Positions 50,843 to 60,315 of a stretch of DNA of 64,000 bases are shown in pieces. The DNA lies in NCBI GenBank assembly GCA_011046085.1, contig DSBK01000016.1:1050-65049 (forward strand). The letters are read 5' to 3'. The translations under genes were made by a program, and so were the position numbers. The DNA comes from Actinomycetota bacterium (GTDB taxonomy: Bacteria > Actinomycetota > Aquicultoria > UBA3085 > Oleimmundimicrobiaceae). Below the pieces are notes generated by a model. It was not told the origin of the DNA. It saw nothing but the letters and a program-made list of their open reading frames with translations, and searched no databases. Each line of letters opens with the position of its first letter. The first letter of the stretch is position 1.

Positions 50843-50917
50843 GGGGATGTAGCTCAGTGGGAGAGCGCCTCCTTGGCGTGGAGGAGGCCGAGGGTTCAAT
50901 CCCCTCCATCTCCACCA
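50843..50917 (+). tRNA. tRNA-Ala (anticodon GGC), CCA encoded
   Basis: Full cloverleaf: acceptor GGGGAUG/CAUCUCC with G3:U70, D-arm GCUC-AGUGGGA-GAGC, anticodon arm CCUCC-UUGGCGU-GGAGG, T-arm GAGGG-UUCAAUC-CCCUC. Confidence 0.9.
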
Positions 50918-50931
50918 ATATATCTTTTGTT

Positions 50932-50987
50932 AAGTAGGGTGGTACCGCGAGATGGCCTTTCGTCCCTTTGGATGAAAGGTTTTTTTG
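50932..50987 (+). promoter_or_regulatory. T-box conserved sequence AAGUAGGGUGGUACCGCGA (antiterminator) and overlapping intrinsic terminator (10-bp stem CCUUUCGUCC/GGAUGAAAGG + U7)
   Basis: 15/15 match to the T-box core GGGUGGUACCGCG; hairpin + U-run. Confidence 0.8.
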
Positions 50988-51008
50988 TTAGTTTTGAAAC
51001 CAAAAAAA

Positions 51009-51098
51009 GGGGTCAGGTCTTTAATCTTGACATTTTAAAAATGAAACTGTTTAATTAAATGTCAAAAAACAAGACCTGACCCCAAAGCCAAGCTTTGG
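51009..51098 (+). other. Long nested hairpin in the leuS 5' UTR (13-bp outer stem ggggtcaggtctt/aagacctgacccc; 9-bp inner stem ttgacattt/aaatgtcaa) followed by the ccaaagc-caa-gctttgg hairpin at the RBS
   Basis: Perfect inverted repeats read directly; contains a promoter-like TTGACA-17-TTTAAT. Confidence 0.5.
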
Positions 51099-51105
51099 AG
51101 GGGTT

Positions 51106-53568
51106 ATGGCAAAGTATGATTTTGCAAAGATTGAGAAAAAATGGCAGAAAAAATGGGAAGAATCGAATATATATGAGATAACCGAAGATTTAAAGCTTAC
51201 CAAAAAATACATCCTTGAAATGTTTCCATATCCTTCCGGAAATATCCACATGGGTCACGTAAGAAACTACTCCATAGGTGATGTCGTCGCTCGTTATGGC
51301 AGGATGAAGGGCTTCAATGTGCTTCATCCAATTGGCTATGATGCATTTGGGATGCCTGCTGAAAATGCGGCAATTAAACACGGTGTTCATCCTCGAAAGT
51401 GGACTTATGAAAATATCGACATAATGCGCGACCAACTAAAAAGCTTGGGTTTAAGTTACAACTGGGATCGTGAGGTTATAACCTGTGACCCCGATTACTA
51501 TAAATGGGGGCAGTGGCTCTTCTTAAAATTTTACAAGAGAGGTTTGGTGTATCGTAAACAATCGAAAGTTAATTGGTGCAGTTCTTGTGAAACGGTTCTC
51601 GCCAATGAGCAGGTTGAAGGTGGTGGTTGCTGGAGATGTAGTACTCTCGTTGAGCAAAAAGAACTTGAACAGTGGTACTTCAAAATTACAGACTACACCG
51701 GACCCTTGCTAAACGACCTTGAAAAACTCAAAGGGTGGCCCGAAAGGGTAAAAGTTATGCAGAAAAACTGGATTGGCCGGAGCGAAGGCGCCATGGTCGA
51801 TTTTATCCTTAAAGATGGAAAAACTGTCACCGTCTTTACAACCCGTCCCGACACGCTCTTCGGTTGCACTTTCTTTCTTCTTGCGCCGGAACATCTTCTT
51901 GTAGATGAGCTTGTCAAGGGAACTCCTTATGAGGAAGATATCGTAAAGTTTAGAGAAAAAGTTGCAAAGGAAACCGAAATCGACAGAACCTCAGCTGAAA
52001 TTGAAAAAAACGGGTGTTTTACGGGCACATACATCATAAATCCCGTAAACGGCAGAGAAGTGCCGGTTTGGATAGCAGATTATGTTCTAATGGAATACGG
52101 AACCGGTGCGGTTATGGCGGTTCCAGCCCACGATGAGAGGGACTTTGCTTTTGCCAAGAAATACGAGCTTCCAATCGAGCTGGTTATTCAACCTGCGGGC
52201 GAGGATTTAAGCTCCGGTCTCGATAAGGCATATACTGGCGAAGGACTAATGATAAATTCAGGCAAGTTTAACGGGATGCCCAGCAAAGAAGGGGCAAAAG
52301 CGATAGCCAAATTTTTAAAAGAGCAGAACAAAGGCGAGCTTGCGGTAAATTACCGTCTTAGGGACTGGCTGATTTCGCGCCAGCGTTATTGGGGAAACCC
52401 AATTCCCATAATTTATTGTGATAAGTGTGGCATAGTTCCCGTTTCCGAAGAAGATCTGCCTGTTATACTTCCCGATGATGTAAAGATTACCGAAAAAGGC
52501 GGCTCTCCTTTGGCAAAACACGAGAGGTTTGTGAATACAGTCTGTCCAAGGTGTTCTGGGCCTGCAAGAAGAGAAACAGATACTATGGATACGTTTACCT
52601 GCTCTTCATGGTACTTTCTTCGTTATTGCAGTCCAAATGAAGGCAAATTGCCCTTTGATGGCAGTGCCGCAAATTACTGGATGCCCGTTGACCAATACAT
52701 CGGCGGCATAGAACACGCCATTATGCATCTTCTTTACGCTCGTTTTTTCACTAAAGTCATAAAAGATATGGGAATGTGTGAGGTTGAAGAGCCTTTTTCC
52801 AATTTGCTAACCCAAGGGATGGTCATAAAAGATGGGGCCAAGATGTCAAAGTCCAAGGGTAATGTGGTAGACCCCAACGAAATTATCAAAACTTACGGGG
52901 CCGATACCGCCCGACTCTTCATCCTCTTTGCATCTCCGCCAGAAAAGGAGCTTGAATGGAGCGATCAAGGGATTCAAGGCTCATATAGATTTTTGAACAG
53001 AGTGTGGAGAATTGTTGTAAGAAATATCGAATCCTCCAAAAAAGGAGACGACACCGGGCTCGACGACACCGATAGAGAGCTTTTGAGATTTGTCCATAAG
53101 ACGATTAAAAAAGTTACGGGCGATGTAGAGCGGTTTAACTTAAACACCGCCATAAGCGCGATAATGGAGCTGGTTAACGCAAATTATAAATATTATGACG
53201 ATAAAGGCGAGGGCAAGGTTAATTCAGATCTTTTGACCGAAGTTAATGAGAAGCTGTTGCTTCTTCTTGCTCCTTTTGCACCCCACATTGCCGAGGAACT
53301 TTGGGAGACGATGGGTAAAATAGGCAGCGTTCATCTTGGTAAATGGCCAACTTTTGATGAGAAACTCGCTAAAGCGGAGGAGATAGCGCTAATAGTCCAG
53401 ATTAACGGCAAGGTAAGGGACAAGATAACCGTTTCTGCTGATGTTTCTGAAGAAGAGATGAAAAAAACAGCACTTTCAAGCGAGAAGCTAAAACAGTTTA
53501 CGGAAGGCAAAGAAATTGTTAAAGTGGTTGTTGTCCCCAAAAAACTTGTAAATGTAGTTGTGAGGTAG
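51106..53568 (+). CDS. leuS: Leucine--tRNA ligase
   Basis: [10 protein letters not shown] (HIGH), KMSKS, CP1 editing domain. Confidence 0.9.
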   Translation: MAKYDFAKIEKKWQKKWEESNIYEITEDLKLTKKYILEMFPYPSGNIHMGHVRNYSIGDVVARYGRMKGFNVLHPIGYDAFGMPAENAAIKHGVHPRKWTYENIDIMRDQLKSLGLSYNWDREVITCDPDYYKWGQWLFLKFYKRGLVYRKQSKVNWCSSCETVLANEQVEGGGCWRCSTLVEQKELEQWYFKITDYTGPLLNDLEKLKGWPERVKVMQKNWIGRSEGAMVDFILKDGKTVTVFTTRPDTLFGCTFFLLAPEHLLVDELVKGTPYEEDIVKFREKVAKETEIDRTSAEIEKNGCFTGTYIINPVNGREVPVWIADYVLMEYGTGAVMAVPAHDERDFAFAKKYELPIELVIQPAGEDLSSGLDKAYTGEGLMINSGKFNGMPSKEGAKAIAKFLKEQNKGELAVNYRLRDWLISRQRYWGNPIPIIYCDKCGIVPVSEEDLPVILPDDVKITEKGGSPLAKHERFVNTVCPRCSGPARRETDTMDTFTCSSWYFLRYCSPNEGKLPFDGSAANYWMPVDQYIGGIEHAIMHLLYARFFTKVIKDMGMCEVEEPFSNLLTQGMVIKDGAKMSKSKGNVVDPNEIIKTYGADTARLFILFASPPEKELEWSDQGIQGSYRFLNRVWRIVVRNIESSKKGDDTGLDDTDRELLRFVHKTIKKVTGDVERFNLNTAISAIMELVNANYKYYDDKGEGKVNSDLLTEVNEKLLLLLAPFAPHIAEELWETMGKIGSVHLGKWPTFDEKLAKAEEIALIVQINGKVRDKITVSADVSEEEMKKTALSSEKLKQFTEGKEIVKVVVVPKKLVNVVVR

Positions 53569-53569
53569 A

Positions 53570-54151
53570 GTGAAAAAAGAGAATATGGGTGGATTTGAGC
53601 AAGAGGATATGGAAGAAATTCCCCATTGGAAGTCAAAAACTGGTTCATTTTTATCTTTCATAAAAGAGACGGTTTTTATTGTAATTGCTGCTTTTTTAAT
53701 TTCTCTTGTTATTCGTTTCTTCGTCATAGAAGCATTTACCATTCAACAGCACTCGATGGACCCGACGCTTTTTGAAGGAGAAAGGGTTCTGGTTAGCAAA
53801 CTGGTTTACCGTTTTTCTCCTGTCGAATATGGTGATATCATAATTCTCAAGTCTCCGATGAGGTCTGCTGATTATGTTAAGAGGGTAATAGCCACAGAGG
53901 GTGAAACGATAGAGATTAAAGACGGCGATTTATTTATCGACGGTAAACAAGTTGATGAGCCCTATGTGAAATCGGTAGATGTGAGCAACTATGGACCAGT
54001 TAAGATTCCCTACGATAAAGTTTTTGTAGCGGGAGATAACCGCCCAAACAGTTTGGATAGCCGAATCTTTGGTCCCATCTCTGAAGACGATATTATAGGG
54101 AAGGTGTTCTTCATCTATTGGCCAATGGATAAAATTGGGTTTGTAAACTAG
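53570..54151 (+). CDS. lepB: Signal peptidase I
   Basis: SMDPTL (catalytic Ser box), KRVIA (Lys box), GDNRPNSLDSR. Confidence 0.85.
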   Translation: MKKENMGGFEQEDMEEIPHWKSKTGSFLSFIKETVFIVIAAFLISLVIRFFVIEAFTIQQHSMDPTLFEGERVLVSKLVYRFSPVEYGDIIILKSPMRSADYVKRVIATEGETIEIKDGDLFIDGKQVDEPYVKSVDVSNYGPVKIPYDKVFVAGDNRPNSLDSRIFGPISEDDIIGKVFFIYWPMDKIGFVN

Positions 54152-54485
54152 TTTTTTGTCTAATTAAACTTTTCTTCGAAATCCTCTTGTTTTTACATCT
54201 GCTTGTTTAGCTTAATTTTACTAGTTTATTTTTTTAGAAGACAATACTATCCCCAAAGATACCAATGGACTTGAAGGAAGATTTGGTTCGCTAAAACAAC
54301 ATTATCGTCAACATAGAGGACTCTCAAAATCAAGAAGGGAAGCTTACCTTTATTGGCATGCCAGGTACTGGTCTGACGATAAGTGTTGTAATAAATAAAG
54401 AAAAACCAACACTTTTTTAGTATTAACCCGAAAACAATGGACTAAAGTTAATAGAAGTGTGATTAAGCAGTATTAATGTGACGAA

Positions 54486-55271
54486 TCATTTAAGTCTTTC
54501 TAATCCATCAACACCAACGTCTGATGAAATGTTTATTCTTTTTATCTCATAAGGATTAAAAACAAAGTCATCGAAAAAGTTAAATTTTTTAGCCTCATCA
54601 CGCTTTCTGGTCCCGGAAAGCGAATTGTAACCAAGCTCTTTGGCGATGAGTCTTACTATTTCATCGGATTTACCATATGGGACTATCAAGTGGTCACAGG
54701 CGCCGAGTTTTTCTTCGATAACCTCCTTTGACTTTGTTAACTGGTATCTTATTTAATTCTTCTCTAATGTGGTTAAATCCACGTGATCATATGAATGGCT
54801 TGCTACCTCAACGATCTTGGATTCTTTCATCTCTTTTAATTGTTGCCAGGTGATTTTGTTGACTTTTGCAAGTGGTTCATATTTGCCGGGAAAATAAGCG
54901 ATGGTAAACTTTATGTTGTATTTTAGCGCCAAAGGGTAGGCATACTTGTAAACACTCAGGAGGCCATCGTCGAAGGTTATGAGAATGGGTTTCTTATTTT
55001 TAAACCTTAAATCTTTGTTGTGATAAGCGAGAAGTTCATCATAGGTAATTGCTTCAAAGTTTTGAGATATGTATTTGAGGTGAGTTTCTAAATTATTTTT
55101 TGAGATATCAATGTAGCTTTTTTCCGATACAATTCCATTTTTGACGTTGTGATAAACGATTATAGGAATATTTGAGCGACTATAAAGATTCACGCAAAAG
55201 GTTGCTAAAAAGGTTGCTATAAGCGGAACCGATACACTTAATATTTTTCTTTGAAACAACTCGCCTCCCAA
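54486..55271 (-). pseudogene. Polysaccharide/peptidoglycan deacetylase (NodB domain) interrupted by a single in-frame TAA at 54753-54755
   Basis: Motifs TFDDG, HSYDH upstream of the stop and IVPYG downstream. Both ORF-track pieces are in the same frame with 21 sense codons between them. Confidence 0.6.
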
Positions 55272-55525
55272 ATTTTAAAGCTCGGTTATTTGCTGCTTAT
55301 GAAATTTTTCTTTTATATTTTAACCATTTTTCCTTCTGTTTTCCAATATTTAATCTATCCAAATCTGCGGCTTACAAAACGGACTGTCAAAACTCCCAAC
55401 TGATAACCTCCTCCTTTCTTTCTGCTCTTAAGTTTTCAGGATGTTGGAAACGGATAGCTAATTTTTCCCTTGCGTAACGTGCAATCTTTTGCAAAAATGG
55501 AAATTGAGACGGAAAGGTGGCTGAT

Positions 55526-56386
55526 ATGGAAAAAGTTATTTCGGCTGAGAAGATAGCTTATTCTTACAACAAAAAACTCGCGGTGGATCACATTTCTTTT
55601 CACATCGACAAGTGCGAGATTTTGGGTTTTCTTGGCCCCAATGGAGCGGGCAAAACCACCACGTTAAAAATGCTTATTGGTCTCCTAATTCCCCAGGATG
55701 GAAAAATATCAATTCTTGGAATGGATACAGCAAAAGAGCTAAATAAAATACAAGCTCAAATCGGCGTCTGCTTTGAGGAGAAAAACCTATATGAGGAGAT
55801 GTCTGCCGTTGAGAATCTCAAATTCTTTGCCTCTCTCTTTGGTGTAAAAAAGCTTGATGTTGTCGCTCTCCTGGAAAAGGTAAATCTTCCTGTTGACAAA
55901 AGACAAAAGGTTGCCAGTTTTTCAAAGGGGATGAAACAGCGCTTGATGATGGCTAGGTCCCTTGTGAATCAACCCAAAGTTTTATTCCTTGATGAGCCAA
56001 CCGATGGACTTGACCCTGTTTCCGCGAGAGCTGTTCGAGATGTTATTTTAAAGGAGAAGGAAAAAGGAGCCACCATATTTCTTACCACTCACGATATGTT
56101 GGAAGCGGACAAGCTCTCGGATAGGGTCGCTTTCATAAATGAAGGTAAAATTTCCGTAATTGACACGCCCGAAAACCTAAAACACGAGCACGGAAAACGA
56201 ATCTTAAAAGTTCGCTATCGGTTAGACGGGGAAGTGAAAGAAGAAGAGCTTTCTCTTGAAGATAAGGATATGAGCAAACGCATCGATGAGATTAATTCCA
56301 AGCATTCCATTTTGGATATGCACACCGAAGAGGCGACTCTCGAAGACATCTTCATCAAATTTACCGGTAGGAAGTTAGAAGGATGA
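55526..56386 (+). CDS. ABC transporter ATP-binding protein
   Basis: Walker A GPNGAGKTT, signature FSKGMKQR, Walker B LFLDEPT. Confidence 0.85.
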   Translation: MEKVISAEKIAYSYNKKLAVDHISFHIDKCEILGFLGPNGAGKTTTLKMLIGLLIPQDGKISILGMDTAKELNKIQAQIGVCFEEKNLYEEMSAVENLKFFASLFGVKKLDVVALLEKVNLPVDKRQKVASFSKGMKQRLMMARSLVNQPKVLFLDEPTDGLDPVSARAVRDVILKEKEKGATIFLTTHDMLEADKLSDRVAFINEGKISVIDTPENLKHEHGKRILKVRYRLDGEVKEEELSLEDKDMSKRIDEINSKHSILDMHTEEATLEDIFIKFTGRKLEG

Positions 56387-57420
56387 ACCGCGTTCTTTCA
56401 ATCGTCAAAAAGGATGTTACTCAGATTTTCCGCAACCGCTTTATGGCGGTTATAACTTTTCTGGCAATTTTTATCTACGCCATCGTATTCCATGTTATGC
56501 CTTCCAAAGTTGAAGAAACATATAGCATGGGTTTTTATTTTGAAAAAGGGCGAGAGGCGGTTGAAGAACAAATCTCTGAAGAAGAAGGTGTGGAAGCAGT
56601 ATGGGCCGATAATGAAAAAGAGTTAAAAAAGCTTGTTGAAGATGAGGATGTTCAGGCGGGACTCTCTTTTACCCTGCCTGAAGGAAAGCCAAAAATTGTT
56701 TTATATACTTCCAGCCAAACTCCCGAAGAAATAAGGGAAGCAGGCGATGTTATTGCCAGGGAGGCCGCCTATAATCTTTCAGGCTATCCCCTTAACGTGG
56801 CATTTGACGAGGTTGTCATCGGGCCCGATTTGTTAGGGAAGCAGATTCCCGCAAGAAACAAGATGCGCATCCTCTTTGTGGTGGTGCTTCTCGCGGTTGA
56901 ATTTTATGCTTTAGGTAATTTAATTTCAGAGGAGATTCGCAAAAAAACCGCCGATGCTATTCTTGTTACTCCTGTAAGTATCTCTGAGTTTATGACTGCC
57001 AAGGTGGCCACGGGCATCTTTTTAACTTTTTTCGAAGGTCTTCTGGCTGCTTTTTTATTGAATATCATTAGCATCAACACGGTGGTTCCTTTTATCGTTT
57101 TTCTCCTCCTCGGCGCTCTTCTTGTTGTTGCCTTTTCTTTTGTTTTAGGGACGATAAGCAGAAGTTTTTTAGGATTAACCGCGTACGGAACTCTCTTTAT
57201 GGTTGTCTTTATGGGTCCCGCTTTTACTCTCATTTTTCCCGGTGGCTATTCCTTTTGGATTAAAGCCGTGCCTTCTTATTATTTAATTATCCCGCTGGAT
57301 GGGATAGTAAATTACGGGTACGCCCTTTCCGATTATCTGTCCGAGATAGCTTATCTTGCTTCATTTGATTTGGTTATGTTGCTACTTGGGCTTTATGTTT
57401 TAAGAAGGAGGCTTACATGA
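56383..57420 (+). CDS. ABC-2 type transporter permease
   Basis: Large extracytoplasmic loop then 5 TM helices; coupled to the ATPase gene. Confidence 0.7.
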   Translation: MNRVLSIVKKDVTQIFRNRFMAVITFLAIFIYAIVFHVMPSKVEETYSMGFYFEKGREAVEEQISEEEGVEAVWADNEKELKKLVEDEDVQAGLSFTLPEGKPKIVLYTSSQTPEEIREAGDVIAREAAYNLSGYPLNVAFDEVVIGPDLLGKQIPARNKMRILFVVVLLAVEFYALGNLISEEIRKKTADAILVTPVSISEFMTAKVATGIFLTFFEGLLAAFLLNIISINTVVPFIVFLLLGALLVVAFSFVLGTISRSFLGLTAYGTLFMVVFMGPAFTLIFPGGYSFWIKAVPSYYLIIPLDGIVNYGYALSDYLSEIAYLASFDLVMLLLGLYVLRRRLT

Positions 57421-58466
57421 GCATATCACGTATTTTCTCCATCATAAAAAGAGAAATAAGCTTGGGACCTCGCAGCCCGATACTTTTATTCGCTCTTGCT
57501 GTTCCGCTAATATTAACCGCGGTTTTTCAGTTAATTTTTGGGGGCCTGTGGCAAGAAAAGCCAGTGTTGGCTGTTTATGGTGTTGGAGATGGAATCGTTG
57601 TCTCAGAACTTGAAAAAAATAAAGCGGTAGATATTATCAATGCTGATTCAGAGGATGAAATTTTAAATTTAGTTGAAGTTAAAGAAGCGGATGTAGGTGT
57701 AATTTTTCCTCAAGATATCGAAGACATATTAAAGGAAGGTAAAGAAGTTGTCTTAAAAACTTATATTGACGGTGAGGCATACGCGAAAGATAGGGCGGTA
57801 ATTGCTGCCAGCATAGTATCTGCCCTAAGGAGTATTGCCCCCGAAGGCCCTGAGGTAGATTTTGAACAAACTCTTCTTGGAGAAGAGAGGGGGCTTAACA
57901 TTTTAGAGATGATGCTTCCGTTTCTCGTTTTGTACGGTGTCTTAGCGGGCGCATTCCTAGGTCCCGCGGTTCTTCTTGTTGGGGCGAAAGAAAAGAAAAC
58001 CATCACAGCTCTTCTGGTTACCCCCTCAAGCAAAGCTGAGATTCTTACGGCATTCGGTCTCTTGGGAGGGGTGCTTGCCGTGATTATGGGAATAGTGATT
58101 CTTTTGTTAAATGGTGGCTGGACCCAGCCGCTTCTGATGATTCTTTTGCTCATTTTGAGTTCAATGTTTATGGTTGACTTGGGGCTCATAGCGGGCCTTG
58201 CGGTTAACGACATGAACGCGCTTTTTGCTAACATGAAGCTCTTTGGCATCTTTTTAATAGCCCCGCAACTCTTCATTTTTTTTCCAAAATGGCCGCAGTG
58301 GATTGCAAAAATTTTTCCCACTTACTATATTATGCATCCCATATTGAGAATAAGCATTTATGGAGAGGGCTTTGCCGAAATTGGCTGGGAATTATTGGTT
58401 CTGCTCGGTTTTATAATCCTCTTTTTTATCCCCATTCCTTTATTGGCCAAGAGATTGGGTAAGTAG
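57417..58466 (+). CDS. ABC-2 type transporter permease (second)
   Basis: Same architecture; overlapping start/stop. Confidence 0.7.
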   Translation: MSISRIFSIIKREISLGPRSPILLFALAVPLILTAVFQLIFGGLWQEKPVLAVYGVGDGIVVSELEKNKAVDIINADSEDEILNLVEVKEADVGVIFPQDIEDILKEGKEVVLKTYIDGEAYAKDRAVIAASIVSALRSIAPEGPEVDFEQTLLGEERGLNILEMMLPFLVLYGVLAGAFLGPAVLLVGAKEKKTITALLVTPSSKAEILTAFGLLGGVLAVIMGIVILLLNGGWTQPLLMILLLILSSMFMVDLGLIAGLAVNDMNALFANMKLFGIFLIAPQLFIFFPKWPQWIAKIFPTYYIMHPILRISIYGEGFAEIGWELLVLLGFIILFFIPIPLLAKRLGK

Positions 58467-58519
58467 AGAATATAGTCTGATTAAATAATCTTTAAAGCTT
58501 TAAAAAACGTACTAGTATT

Positions 58520-59520
58520 TTACTCAATTATGTTTTTGATTTTGTCTGTGTCGAAGTCATCTTCCCACGCTTGGTAAAAGATTAATCCACCTCCAGGCAT
58601 TTCGATAAAAGCAATTTTACCTGGTGGCCAAGCGATAAAGTCGTCATCCAAAAGAGGAGCGCTGTTATAGACCTGATAATGAAAACTTTTGTTTTTTATT
58701 CGAAAAAATCCTTTCTCAACTTCTTCATTTTCTTTTCTTACCCTGTCTGCAAACATTTCAGTTTTTGCTTTTTTTCAAAAATTATGATTTCTTCATGGTG
58801 ATTTAAATAATCTGATTTAATTAGGTGAAAAGAGGACGTAGCTTTTTTCCATCCTGCAGGAAAACTAAATATCAAATTATTAACCTCAATTACTTTTGCG
58901 GGCTCAGAATAGGTGCCACCAGTTCGGCAACTAATTGCCAATGTGCTTAGTGAGAAAACAAATAAACAAGCGAGGATGGAGAGCCCGACTATTTCAACCA
59001 TACGGCCCTTTTTTATTTTTTTGTTGTTCTTTATTTTTCTTCCCCAATTGGCCGCGATAGTAATTAAGAAAAGTGGAAAAATAGAGGTCAGAATATTATC
59101 GATTAATCCTATAATATTTTTGGTTTCTTCCACAAAAAAAAGAAAATTTAAATTTACAAATTTTGGAGTAAAAAATGGAATAGTAATGCTAAATAAAAAA
59201 TTGGAAAGTAAAAAAACGATAATTGAAAAAATGATATCCTCCCAAACACTTTTAGAGAAATGAAATCCAAAATAAAATCCTAAGAAAAGATTAGTCAGAA
59301 GTGGGAGGAAAAACATAACTCCTGTTAAAACACACACAAATAATAAGGAAGGGACTTCGCCAACTAAGCCTATACTAAAAATGATCGTTCTTAAAAGAAC
59401 GCACATAAACAAAAGAGCAGATAAAACGATAGCAACAAGACTGAAGCTAATTCCTAATCCCAAACCAGGGAGCCATCTGACAAAACGCTCTTTGGTCGAT
59501 TCTTTCAATCTTGTCTCCAT
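58520..59520 (-). CDS. Polytopic membrane protein, apparently split by a +/-1 frameshift in an A7 run (58769-58775)
   Basis: The two ORF-track pieces (58738-59520 and 58520-58756) overlap out of frame; one extra A fuses them into about 338 aa. Confidence 0.45.
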
Positions 59521-59688
59521 CGAAACCTTAATGGTATTACTTATGCGTGTGCAAAATTATTTTTCCACAAACGAGTTTATTTATCAACTTTAATCTGTTT
59601 TAACTATGAAAAATAATTTAAAGGATTTCGAAAATTTTTGAGGAAATTAAGTTTTCAGTTGCTTTTGTATACGAAAGGCTGATGATTT

Positions 59689-60315
59689 GTGATTTTAAAC
59701 AAACTAAAAGATTTGGCGGAAAAAATCTTCGATGAATTTTACTTAAACAGAGGGCAGGTTTACGCGATAGGTGGCATTGTTGTTATTTTGGTTTTAGGAA
59801 GCTGGATTTTATATTTAAGAAACAAACCCGTGACTGAGATTAAAAAAATAACGGAAGTTGAAGAATCATCGGACGCGGAGGCGGAAAAAACAAAGCAAAT
59901 TTATGTTCACGTCTGCGGAGCCGTTAAAAATGCTGATGTCTATGAGTTTAAAGAAGGAGATAGGACAAAGGATGCTGTCGCTAAGGCAGGTGGAACAACC
60001 GATGAGGCAAATTTGGATGCGTTAAATCTTGCGGCAAAACTTATAGATGGTCAAAAGATTTATGTTCCAAAAGTTGGAGAAGATATCTCTTCTGAAGTAA
60101 TCGGAACATCCTCAACGGGAGACCTTGTTAATCTCAACGGCGCAACATGCGAGCAGCTTGAGGAACTTCCCGGAATCGGCGAAGTGATTGCCCAAAGGAT
60201 AGTTGACTATAGGCAAGAGCACGGGTCTTTTAAGTCGGCAGATGAGCTGATGAAAGTCGAAGGGATTGGTCCAAAGAAGTTTGAGAGCATAAAAGATAAG
60301 GTTGTAGTTAATTGA
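59689..60315 (+). CDS. comEA: Competence protein ComEA (tandem helix-hairpin-helix DNA-binding)
   Basis: LNGATCEQLEELPGIGEVIAQRIVDYR...VEGIGPKKFESI. Confidence 0.85.
   Translation: MILNKLKDLAEKIFDEFYLNRGQVYAIGGIVVILVLGSWILYLRNKPVTEIKKITEVEESSDAEAEKTKQIYVHVCGAVKNADVYEFKEGDRTKDAVAKAGGTTDEANLDALNLAAKLIDGQKIYVPKVGEDISSEVIGTSSTGDLVNLNGATCEQLEELPGIGEVIAQRIVDYRQEHGSFKSADELMKVEGIGPKKFESIKDKVVVN

Noticed and set aside
50843-50917. The tRNA-like sequence might be the T-box Stem III hairpin rather than a gene
   Set aside because: It has a complete four-arm cloverleaf. It carries the alanine identity pair G3:U70, a proper T-loop UUCAAUC and D-loop, and an encoded CCA. That is far more than a Stem III hairpin would require.
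54753-54755. In-frame TAA as evidence of stop-codon reassignment
   Set aside because: Many unambiguous genes in the window terminate at TAA (argC, comEC region and others) with normal downstream spacing. The standard code therefore applies, and a nonsense mutation or sequencing error is more likely.
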